Shown: positions 49,813 to 64,000 of the stretch, in pieces
Layout of the letters: every line of letters starts with the position of its first letter
Position numbering within the stretch: the first letter of the stretch is position 1
NCBI RefSeq assembly: GCF_009914755.1
Contig: NC_060926.1
Strand: one strand, 5' to 3'
Source: the human T2T-CHM13v2.0 reference genome, Homo sapiens
Length of the DNA: 64,000 nt
The notes under the pieces: generated by a model
The model's database searches: none
What the model was told of the DNA's origin: nothing
The model's input: the letters and a program-made list of their open reading frames with translations, nothing else
Position numbers and translations under genes: made by a program

Positions 49813-51211
49813 AATGTTCTTCTTGATCTGGGAGCTGGTTATACGGTGCGGTCAATTTGTGGATATTTATCTGGTTTATCTACTTTTTTTTGCATGTATA
49901 TTTCAATAAAATATTTTTAAAAAACATTCCTCTCCTGATGACTTAGTGGAGAAAATCTCAGCTTGGGTTTGACTTAACTTGAATGCTTCTTCTAAATTGT
50001 CTCATCTTTCTTAACTTGGGAAGAGTGTGCCAGCTTCAGAAGCTTCAGCAGGCAACAGTATCCAGCTCGAATCAAATAACATTGTCTTGTTTTCATTGTG
50101 TTTTATGGTTACCATCTATAGATGGCCATCAATACTACATTTCCATTTATGGTAGTGATATACAATTTCTTTTAAAAATGATCGTAAGCAAAAAAAAAAA
50201 AAGAGTGAATTGCCTTACTTTAAAAAAATTATGTAAATAATAGTACAGGTGGTACCTAGTTACGGTAAACCATGTAAGGGTGGGGTTTATAAAACGTGGT
50301 TGAGATGGAAAAAGGCAGGGATTAAGGGGAAGGGAGAAAACCAGTCTTAGCCTGTCCCCATCTCTCAACCAATCCTCACTGCTGGGCACAGACAGGCTCT
50401 CAAGCCTGAGGACATACCTTTGCAGAGGACTCATGAGAAATCTAAAGTGAAGAATGCTCCAGGAACAATGGGATGGGCAAAGCCAGAGACAACAAGCGGA
50501 GAACCTGGATTCACTCAACAAATATTCTTTGAGTATCTCTGTGCAGGCACCGTTCTAGCCCTGGGCCTACAGTAATAAGCAAAATGGTTAAGTTGTAGGC
50601 CAGCCAATAACCAGCTCTGGGTTCTGGGCTGAGTCCCCCTACTTCTCTAGGCTTCAATGGATTGAGGATGCTCTGTGATTCAAGCCTCTGTAGCAGCTGG
50701 CCTTTGGGGAGTGGGATTCTGAGTGAGGCTCAGGAGAGGTTAGGAAAAGCCTTAAAAATATGGGATTATTTTGTTATGTGTTTGCGTGTATTTAGGGTGG
50801 GGAAGGGTAAAATTGGCCATTAACCTGGGAACTAGGAGAAAAGAATTGGGTGTGGCCTTCAGGCTCATTAGAAAGTGAAATATCATTGAGTACTTTGCAT
50901 TTGTCAAGTCAGCATCACTTTGCCTGCTCATCTCCACTGCTCTTGGCTGAAAGATCAAGAACTTTAAAAGGAGGTGGAAAGAGAATGAATCCCAAAAGAT
51001 AAGTGAGTAGCTGCATGGGAATGAATGAATCAATGCCACTCTTAGCCTCTTAATAGACTCATCACAGCCTTTCATTCCCAGCTCCTGGGCATTGCAATTA
51101 AGACAGAAAGAGAATGAGGGGCCCTGCCAGGAATATTTTGAGAGACTGTACTTTTCATTCACTCAACAAATATTTATTGAGTGCTTACCTGGTGCCAGGC
51201 AGTATTTAGAC

Positions 51212-51545
51212 CTGTGGGCTGTCCAATTTGATAGCTACCTAGCCACACATGGCTATCAAACATTTGAATTTTGGCTACTTCAAACTGAAATGTGCTGTAT
51301 AGCATACACATCAGAACTTGAGGATTTAGTATAAGAAAAGGAATGTTAACTCTCTCATTAATTTTAGTGTTGATTACCCATTGAAATGATAGTATTTTGG
51401 ATATACCGCCAAATTAAGAATATTATTAAAATAAATGTCATCTATTTCTTTTTACTATATTTTAATATGGCTACTAGAAATTTACAATTGCACATGTGCT
51501 CACGTTTGCGATTTGCAGTAGATTTCTATTGGACAGCGTTGTGCT
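51212..51545. mobile_element. MER33/MER3-like hAT element
   Basis: Inverted ends gctgtccaat ... attggacagc; internal tagccacacatggcta. Confidence 0.75.
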
Positions 51546-51679
51546 AGACCCTGTGCCTACTCTGTAGGAGCTCAGTGGGTGGGACCAACAGAAACACGTT
51601 ACAAAGCAGGCAGGAGACACCAGGGAGAATGAAGGTGGAATGACCATGATCCTTCCTGTGTCTTATTTTTATTTTTTTT

Positions 51680-51815
51680 AGATTGGCACTGTACATAGTG
51701 CTTTTTACTTCTTTTTTTTTTTTTTTTTTCAGATCGGCACCCTACATAGTGCTAACGATTTTTTTTTTTTTTTACTTTTTTTTCAGATCGGCACTCTACA
51801 TAGTGCTAATGATTT
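51680..51815. repeat. Three copies of agatyggcacyntacatagtgct separated by poly-T
   Basis: Copies start at 51680, 51731 and 51785. Confidence 0.9.
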
Positions 51816-51962
51816 CCAGAAGTCCAGCTCTGTCCATCTCTTCCTCTGCTCAAACATGGATGCTGTATCCTTACTGCCCAGCATATTAAGCCAAAGCGCC
51901 ACAGTCAACTGGATTTCCTGCCTCCCCTGCTGCTCTCTGCAAGCATCCTGCACTCTGGCTGA

Positions 51963-52297
<335 letters not shown>

Positions 52298-53469
52298 TGA
52301 TCTCAGGTGATCCACCTGCCTCGGCCTCCCAAAGTGCTGGAATTACAGGTGTGAGCCACCGCGCCCGGCCCCATTTCTGTGTTTTTGCTTCAGGTGGTCC
52401 CTCTGCCTGTGCCCTTGCTAACCGCCCATTTCCTCTGGTAGAATTACAAGCTTCAATTTCAGCTCCGACTCACCCAAGAAACTCCCCTTTCCTCAACCAC
52501 CACATCACCTCTCTACCAAAATATTTCTTTTCTTCAAAGCCTCTGATAAACATTTATTTATTTATTTTTTATCTTACCAAAGTCTTTCCCGATAACTCTT
52601 CCCAGCTTGGCGTCTTAAGACCAGGAACTTGCCTTCCTGGAGGCATCTAGGTCACCTTCAGAGCCAGGTGGCCATTGGGTTAACTAGCTGTTGAACTGAA
52701 TCAAACAGGCTCTGAGCCTTGAAGTCAGAAAGAGCCAGAGTGGAGGGGTCTGGGGGGAAGAGGGGCGCTGAGGTATAGGGAGATGAAACCTGCGGTGGAG
52801 GCAGCTTAATGGTCCACCTGTCACCCAAGGAATCTCTCTGACAGGGGTCTTTGTTAGGGTCACACCCCAGGAGATGGTTGATTATGGCTGAGTCCAGCCT
52901 GGAATGATGGGGGTTGGGGGCAGCTTGGGTAGATGACTCAGTAAATCAAACAGAACAATGAAAGGAGGTCATGCTTGTCCATCTGCATTATTGAAGACAG
53001 CCATAAATGGCCTTACCCCAGAGCGGGTCTGTCACACCTGGAGAGCTGATCTGACCTCTCCAAGACCCCTGCAACTGAGTGTTCTGGGATCTGTCCTGCA
53101 ACAAGTGCCTCGAGATTTGTAGGTGGGGGCCCAGGGTGCTAAGGGATTATTTTAGCGGGCGGAGAAGGGAGGGGGTCTGCAGACGAAGGGGGCAGGTTTT
53201 GCGGGGCACTTAGGGTTCTCATAGGTTGTAGTCACGAGCTCCCAGGTTTGGAAAACTGCAATAGTCACTAAGACCATTCGGGGCTGTTTGGGTCTAGCTT
53301 GGTCTAGACGGGTCTGAAACTCCGCAGGACCCACCCAACAAGAAGTCATTGTTCCAAGCCACGTGTCAGTGGTGGGTGATACCCCAGGATGGAAGGAGTT
53401 GGTATGAGCCGACTGAAATCTACTTGAAGGTCAAAACGGAGCCTTATGTCTTTTGTGTTCCCCAGCGGT

Positions 53470-54550
53470 TAGCCCAGTGCCGGCCACAGGGGAAGCGCGC
53501 AAACGAAGTCCTCGCGAACTGAACTGAGAGCAGACAAAAGCACGCGCTCTTCTCCACCGCCACGCCGGTCCTACCCAAACCCGCGAGTTATCCGTATTCT
53601 CCTTCAGGAGTCATAGTCAGGCCAGAAGAGTGCGGAGGGACGGGGCCCGGGAAGAGCAGGGAACCCCCAGAGCCCGCAGCCAACGCGGAGGTGGGCGAGC
53701 GGGCGTGCGCGCACTCACTTGCCGGCGCGAGGGAGTGTCGGGGGGGAAGGGAGTGGTCTCCAAAAGGGGGAGGGGAGAAGGCAGGGGGCGGGGAGAAGCC
53801 GGCCCTTTAGGACCCGGCTGCGGCGGCGAGGGAGGAGGAAGAAGCGGAGGAGGCGGCTCCCGCGCTCGCAGGGCCGTGCCACCTGCCCGCCCGCCCGCTC
53901 GCTCGCTCGCCCGCCGCGCCGCGCTGCCGACCGCCAGCATGCTGCCGAGAGTGGGCTGCCCCGCGCTGCCGCTGCCGCCGCCGCCGCTGCTGCCGCTGCT
54001 GCCGCTGCTGCTGCTGCTACTGGGCGCGAGTGGCGGCGGCGGCGGGGCGCGCGCGGAGGTGCTGTTCCGCTGCCCGCCCTGCACACCCGAGCGCCTGGCC
54101 GCCTGCGGGCCCCCGCCGGTTGCGCCGCCCGCCGCGGTGGCCGCAGTGGCCGGAGGCGCCCGCATGCCATGCGCGGAGCTCGTCCGGGAGCCGGGCTGCG
54201 GCTGCTGCTCGGTGTGCGCCCGGCTGGAGGGCGAGGCGTGCGGCGTCTACACCCCGCGCTGCGGCCAGGGGCTGCGCTGCTATCCCCACCCGGGCTCCGA
54301 GCTGCCCCTGCAGGCGCTGGTCATGGGCGAGGGCACTTGTGAGAAGCGCCGGGACGCCGAGTATGGCGCCAGCCCGGAGCAGGTTGCAGGTAACGCGGTC
54401 TGGAACAAGTAGTTGGGAGAAACTTGGAGGGCAGCGGAGAAGCCCGACGGGCGGCTGGACCTTACGGACGGTTTTAGGGGCGGCAGAGCCGAGACCTTGG
54501 ACCAAATCAAGGGGGACTGTTGCTAGCGGGACGCGGAAGTCAGGCCCGGG
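53470..54550. promoter_or_regulatory. IGFBP2: CpG island covering the TATA-less IGFBP2 promoter, 5'UTR and exon 1
   Basis: Very high GC and CpG density relative to the flanks. GC boxes GGGGGAGGGG (53766-53775) and GGGGGCGGGG (53784-53793), and palindrome GTGCGCGCAC (53705-53714). No TATA box. Further upstream: E-box CACGTG (53360-53365) and AP-1 TGACTCA (52934-52940). Confidence 0.9.
53939..54389 (+). CDS. IGFBP2: IGFBP2 coding exon 1 (signal peptide plus N-terminal IGF-binding domain); the gene continues beyond the window
   Basis: Translates to [39 protein letters not shown]|[17 protein letters not shown]...GCGCCSVC...ASPEQVA. The IGFBP GCGCCxxC motif is at 54194-54217. ATG lies in ccagcATGc. 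The exon ends at the donor GCAG|gtaacg (gt at 54390), phase 1, 451 nt. Matches the human IGFBP2 N-terminus as I recall it. Confidence 0.98.
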
Positions 54551-57500
54551 GAGGGGAACTGGAGTTAGAGCAAGTGGAAGAGCCCTGGCGACTCATTTGG
54601 TGGGGATGAATGGGGAGAGGAAAGGCATCCCTGCTGCCATAGTTTTACCCGCGTGGAACGGACCCAGACTTCTATTCTGGAGGAGGGATTTGCTGAGAAG
54701 GGGGCCGGTGGTCAGATCCATGGGAGTAGGAACTCGAATCTTATTTGGGGCACTGCTTGAGGACCCAAGGGTCCTGGTGGGATCGCTGCTGGGAGGCGGA
54801 GGCTGCGGGGTGCCAGTGACACCAGGAACCTTGGAAGAGGAGAGGGAGCTAGGAGGAGGCACCGGCGTCCCAAGGGGCCCTTCCTTCTACTGGGGTTGTG
54901 AGTTGGAAAGAAAGGACTTGGTACTTTGTAGGATGAGTCGCTTAGGAGAAAAATGAAAACCAACACTACTATTTCTCCATAGGGAACGAGCAGGGCTCTT
55001 GCTACCACGTTGAATGGAAAAATAAAAGGGAGGCATTTGGTAGGCGAGGGGTCTCCTAGCAGCTGAATCAATGTAACTTAAGCCCGATCGCCGGCTGCAT
55101 TCCCTGGACGGGGGCAGCCAGGCTGTGCGGTTTCGCATCTGGGCCCCAGATCGAAAGGCAGGAGAGATGCGTTGCCACCCCCCACCCCCGCCCCTATCTT
55201 AAATTGAGGGACCCTTTCCTGTAGGATAGAATGAGGACCCGATATTCTTTGTTCAGGGGCCCTCATCCCTCCCAAAAAGTTATTTGAGGGACACAACCAG
55301 GCTCTAAGGAGGTTACTTTTTTTTTTTTTTTTTTTTTTTAAATTACGAAAGCCTCCTGCCCCAGTGGTCGGGAGGAAGCTGTAATTATTTTCTTTCCTCT
55401 TGGAGACAGTGGTGAAATGTGTCCACTGCCTGCTGCTGTTGTTGAAAAAGCAAGTGAGTCTTAAGTTTCTCAAACTTAAAAAGAAAAAGTGAAAAGAAGA
55501 ATGCTTGCTTTTTAGCTTCTGAGGTCTTCGTAAGCCCCCCACCCCATGCACCAACCCGCCTCCCTTCTCCTGGTCGGCTATTGTTTTTTTCCCTGTTCTC
55601 CTTGAGAATGGAATTAGGGGTCAGAGTTGAAATCTTTCTTCTGTTTCTCTAGCACATTTTGCTCTGGAGTACAGAGCAAGTTAGGGCTTCCTCTGAGTGG
55701 AGCCTCTCAGTCCCTTTCTTCTCCCTCGGCTCGCTTCCTTCCCTAGCCTGCCTGGAAGTTAACCCTTCCCTCCTGCTTCTCTTAGAAAGTAACAATAAAA
55801 GGAAAAAGCCCCCACGAAATCTTTTCACTGCGGGGTGCCTGTCCCCCAGTCATGCGTTCCTCCTCATCACCCCTCGTGGTCCACCGGGGAGGTGCTGTGC
55901 AGTTTCTGAGCTGAACTCTGACAAACTAAACATCTTCCTCAGCAGGGTGAACTTTTTGAAAGGCCTCTAAGTTCATAGGATGGTTTGGCTGCTGACTGTT
56001 TTAATAAAGTGTGTGATGCCTTTCCTTCTTTAACGTTTTACTTTTTTTTTTTCCTACTCTTCATTCGTCTTATTCTAAGCCTGAAAACCAATTCTACTTC
56101 CCAAATCCCTGAAGCCGGTTAGGGTCTTTAGCCAGGAACAGATGCGGCAGATTTTCTCCCATTCACTTTTCCCTGGAGCCTGAAGGGGGTGGGGGGTAGT
56201 TGTCAGGGGAGGCCAGGGACAATGGGGTGAGTTCATGGGAAGAATGTCACTCTGGATTTTCTGCCTGGTTATGGGACTCCCTTCCGCCAGCTTGCCCCAG
56301 CTGCGTTCTCCTCCCCAGTGCCCAGACGCCTTCCGCATTTTTGTGCACCGGCCTGGGAAGAGGGGATGTTAAGCAGGGGTGGAAGGTGGGGGGTGGGGCT
56401 GGAAGCTGAGTGGGTGCACTCAAAAGAAGTGACCAATGTCAGGGGTGCCTGAGAAAGAGTCGGGCTGGGGGAGGGGAGCACTTTGGGAAGGAGCCTGAGC
56501 TTGCAAGGGTGCAGGAGAAAAAGGGGTCAAGGTTGGAGGCTTTTGTGTGGGAGAGGGTCTTAGGCTGGGGCAGAGACTGGAGTCACTGGATGGAGAGTGC
56601 TGGGTCCGAGTTGGGTGGGGCCTGGCCCAGACGGAGATCTTAGCACTGAATCCTCTGCCTCCCACTCCATCTCCCGTCCCGTCTTCTCTCCTCTCCGAAG
56701 AATGAGCACCCCCCCTCCAGCCTGCATTCCTCTTTGAGCAGGTTGCTTTTGAGAATTTTAAACATACCCTCTTATTTCGAGGCAGCGAACCTCAGCAGTT
56801 CCGGCTTTGCTGTTAGCTCTTTTGTCTTTGTTCCCGGGACTCAGGGGCTGTGTTGCTGCTGGCTTCCTGGGGATGGCAAGGATGCAGGGGTGGGGGTGGG
56901 CACATCAGTGGGTGGAAGGAGTGGGTGGTGGTGAGCCTGTATCCCACGGGGACGATGGGCTGGGGCTTGTTGGTTCAAAGAAACTGAGAAGTCAGACTTG
57001 GGGGAAGGGGTGGGTAGGCCTAGAAGAAAAACCGAAAGGAGACCCTGAGATCTGCTTGAAGTTGGGACTCTAAAAGCGTGTGTATGTGTTTGGTGGTGGA
57101 GTGGATAGAAGTGCCTAGAAATGTCAGGGTCGAGGAGGGAACAGGGTTGGGCCAGTCCAGGCCCTTTCAGAATTAAGGCTGGGCTAGACCGGTTCCTTCA
57201 GTATCTCCCCAGCCTCCTTCCCTACCGTGTACAATGCAGGGGATTATGCTGAGGGGCGGGGCCGCCCGAGTGGCCGTTTGGCCCGCTGCACGTATAAAGG
57301 TGCTACAGAAATGTGTAGTCGTTCAAAGTCCCAGGGCGGGCAGACAGGCAGGCAGGCAGGCAGGCGGGCGGGCGGGCGGGCCTGGGGAGGCTCTGCATCT
57401 GCAGTTGCCGGGGAAGAATAAAGGGGGGAAGAGGCAAGCACTGATTTACAGTGGTTCAGTGCAGCTTCAAAAAAAAAAGGGGGAAAAAGCAATGGGACTT

Positions 57501-58288
57501 CTGGCTCAGAGTACTGCTTTGCATCTCGTCTTGCATAAATTTGCATACTGAGTTCAAAGTCGTAAAATAGACTAGGGAAATGAGTGGGATCTACTGTCAC
57601 TGATTGTTAACACCACTACCTTCCACCTCCCCTCCCCCCATCTGGACAGAACTCCCGGCACTAGTTCTGCTAAGCAGCGCTGCCTGAGTCACCAGTCACC
57701 ACTGTTCATGAAAGAAGGAGATGGGGAAGCGCCTGTCTAGGAGACCAAGCAGGGTGTGGCAGTGTGCACCCTGGCCTCGGAGGCAGGGCCTCTCTGAAGG
57801 GTGTGGCCCGACAGATTCTGGACCAGTGAGGCAAGTGGTGTTCTTTCTGACGCCTGGGGCTGCCGTTGCCCATGGTGGGCTGCAGTTTGAGGAAGCTGCA
57901 GAATCCGGGTCTTCTTTGTTTGAAATTTCCCTACTCAGCTTCCACATATGTCCAAAACATTTACTGTGATAAGTCCCTTTGTGTGGTGGTAATGACCCAC
58001 TTCTTTAGACAAGATATTTGAGGAAGGTTCGAGAACAGAAAAATTCTACTTAACAATGTTAAGGAATCTGAGAAAAGTGGGGCACAGGAGTCTCTAGGTT
58101 AGAATAGGTGGTAGAGCCTGGAAGGAGAGAAGAACCCATCTGTTGTATTCCCGAGGGTCTGCCCACACAATGGCTCTTGGCCAAGTGGACTGTTGAGCTT
58201 CCTGTCAGGCAGAGGGAAGAGGGAGGCTTAGATAGTTCTCACTGTTGGCCTACTTCAGCACTGAGCTTCAAGACTTTCAGGCAAATCA

Positions 58289-58965
<677 letters not shown>

Positions 58966-59017
58966 AAAGCCATGGGTTACCTGAAAGTAGGAGCATATCC
59001 ATTCACTCATTATCTGA

Positions 59018-60386
<1,369 letters not shown>

Positions 60387-62020
60387 TAAGGAACTCTGTA
60401 TCCAGGGAGTGCATTTCGTCTCAGCCTTTCTCTGTATGTTCCCGACTCCCTCTTCCTCCTCCTGCCTTCTCCATGCTGTCCTCTTTGTCCCTGCAGACCA
60501 TTCTTTCCTTTCCCACACTTCTCCCTTCCATGCCTTTCCTACTCCGGCTCAGCTAGAACACCTGCTTGCTAGGTAGGTGGGTGGGGCTCAAAAATGGTGT
60601 GGAAAATATAGTGGTCTCAGCCTCAGAGATCCATCCAATCAGAGGGATATTATGTAGGTGACTGGAGACTATAATGCTTGAAAAAACTAGAATCCTTAAA
60701 TGAGGAGGGTGGTTGACTGGGCTTTGAGGGAAAGGACTTCTATAGGCCAGGGAATGGGATTCTCTCCTATAAGAGTTAGCACTAGCGCTGCTTCTGCTGA
60801 AACCAAGGCATAGAAGCGGGAGATGATGTTTGAATTCATGAGGGAAGCTGGTAACGTGGTTGGCAGATATTCTAGATCCCTCTGCTTATCCTGTCTCTGG
60901 CCAGCAATTCACTGAGATGGCAGGCAGCCGCCAGGAGATTGGTGGTGCTCGCATCTGTCCTCACCCTATTATGAACTGGCTTCTGTGCCTGCTTTGTCTC
61001 CTGTCTTCCACCTCCCTGCGAGGGAGGCCGTTCTACCTCCATTTCGCAGGTGTGGACACTGGGTGACTCAGCGATACGAAAATGCTGAGAGGCTAACCTG
61101 GGTACCTTCCCACTGCACCCCTCTACCTCCGTGGCCGGGTAAGGAGTTGGGCTGTTGGTAGAGAAAAGCTTTTGACCGTATCAACCAGCAGTTTTGTTCC
61201 TGGACAGCTGCCATGTGCAGGTGATGTATGGGGCACAGTAAATTTCTGCCAGATTTCAATTATGTAGATTCCCTTGACTCCATGGACAGTTACAAGTCCT
61301 GGAGTTTGGGGACCTCACAGTTGTAAGTAGCCAGCATACAGAGGTCAGTCAAGAGGGACAAGAAGGTCACAGGGTGGGCCTCTTGAGAGAAGAGCTGCTG
61401 GGTAGCAGATGATGGTGCAGGCAGCCTGGCCTTTGCTGTCATATTGACCGGGGTTGGTTCCATTGCAACCCTGTCTCTTAATACTTCAGTAGTTAGTAAG
61501 GCTCTTCCTCCAATGCCAGTTCCCTGTTGGTAAAATAGCAATGATTTTACCTCTTTCCCAGGGTGCGTGTTGGGGTGGCTGTGATAATGGCAAGTACCTG
61601 GCACATAGTATGTTCTTGTACATGTTAGCTGCCTTAATCTTGGCAAGTGACATCTCCTCCTTGACAATTAGCTGGCCTTTAAAATGAAGGCCAAACTGGA
61701 AAGGTCAGGCAGGCCACTCCTCTCTGGAGGTTCAAATCCCAGGTGGTCTACCATGTACTAATCACCCAAGGTAAGAGATTTCTTGCTAAGCCTCAGTTTT
61801 CTTATTTGCAAATCAGAAATTGATAGTATTTCATTGGGTCAACTACACAGATGTGTGTAAAGATATAAACTATATATAAAACCTAAGCTCTTGCATTTTG
61901 GTGATGAGTCACTTGATTTCCATCTCTTCACCTATGAATGGAAATATCCATACCTCTCCAACCTACTTTCACGGGGCTGTAGTGAGGTGGTTTATGGAAA
62001 GGGCAATGAAACTGTACTTT

Positions 62021-63035
<1,015 letters not shown>

Positions 63036-64000
63036 TAGGCTTGCATTTTTAATGGATTAGTTGGGCAGTGCTCTTTGGATCCGATGTGCTGATGTCTAGG
63101 ACTGACTGTTTTTGGTATGGGAGCTTCTGTCTGCAGTGTCTAGAATGGGGGTTGGAGGGACTATGGGGAACAGAGGTGGCCCCAGAGCTTGGACATCTGG
63201 GTTCTCATGCTGGCCTTGCTGCTCATAAGCAGGTAACACAGGGTTGAGTTCCTCCTTTGCCTGGCCAGCCAACCTGGAAGACCTAGCCTTCTGGCTGTCA
63301 GTGTCCAGAGCTCTGGAGAATCCCTGAGGCTACATCTCTGGGTGGGGGAAGGTCCTCTCTGTATAGATGGCCCTCCAGGGGAAGTCTGCAAGGATCCAGA
63401 CTTCAGAATAATAGAGTTAAGTATTAACTAATCCAAGTGGTCCTAGCACATTTAGCACATATGGCATGCTCAAGGGTGTGCAATTGTGCAGTCATCAAAG
63501 CCAGTGAGGGCACCCGATGCCACCCATTTCCTGCACCAGGAAAATGGACCTTTCACGTCTCTGAACCTGGGATGCCAGAATGCACTGAACTTGATCCTGG
63601 CAAATAAATTGGAAGCTGTTTCCAAAAAAGTGATATGTTCTTGCTACATTGTCTCCAGAGTTTACTCCTGAGTTGGGGAGCAGCATCTCATTTTGCAAGG
63701 GGCTGTTGGATTCTCCATAGAAACGCTGGGTTGGGGGAGTGTCTTCTGAGTACTGGGGCTCTACCTAATGTCTGATTCCATCTGTGGTACCAAAAAGCCC
63801 TCTGAATGGCAGCCTGTCTGTGCACAATGATGCCGAAGACTTTCTTTTCCAGCATCTAATGAGGCATGGCCCCAGGAAAGCAGAGAAGGCGGATGCTTGA
63901 GTCTCTGAGGGTCAGAATACGCTTATGGTGAAATCAGAACTGGGGACAAGGCAAAGTACTGCCATTGGGAATCCGGGGTGGATGGTCATGTTAGACCAGG

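Noticed and set aside
51680-51815. Repeat-spacer-repeat pattern superficially like a CRISPR array
   Set aside because: Human DNA, only three diverged units, poly-T spacers and no cas genes.
53630-53938. 103-codon in-frame N-terminal extension of the IGFBP2 ORF from a GTG (also in-frame GTG 53876 and CTG 53924)
   Set aside because: Stops are rare in such GC-rich DNA, the GTG probably lies upstream of the main transcription starts, and the known protein begins at ATG 53939.
53617-54956. Long overlapping and antisense ORFs (151-308 aa, including poly-Ala runs)
   Set aside because: Shadows of the CpG island and the CCG/CTG repeats; low complexity with no recognisable domain.
53885-57381. 14-nt complementarity between the 5'UTR (gcccgcccgcccgc) and the intronic (GGGC)n run
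   Set aside because: Low-complexity match expected by chance between GC repeats.

Overview
Human/primate genomic DNA, very rich in Alu, MIR and LTR elements, recognisable as the IGFBP2 locus (2q35). About 53 kb of repeat-rich upstream sequence precedes the CpG-island, TATA-less IGFBP2 promoter, coding exon 1 (+ strand, ATG 53939, GT donor 54390) and roughly 10 kb of intron 1. The exon carries three CCGCTGCTG (Pro-Leu-Leu) units, giving a 39-aa signal peptide. A full-length processed PSMB3 retrocopy lies on the - strand (about 30647-31426) with poly(A) tail, target-site duplication (TSD) and an uninterrupted 205-codon ORF. Nearly all other ORFs in the track come from Alu/L1, low-complexity or GC-rich sequence. 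There are no tRNA, rRNA or CRISPR features, and I cannot support a wholly new biological system here. The best leads are: the intact PSMB3 retro-ORF; a candidate upstream mini first exon (MEGV, phase-compatible with exon 1's donor); a 113-bp dispersed duplication; a template-switch palindrome; repeated same-site Alu arrays with shared private variants; a possible 1.7-kb inversion; a MER41 LTR with a GAS motif; and an intronic GC-box/TATA/HRE/G4/octamer cluster. Repeat-family names and reference comparisons are from memory, not from a database search.
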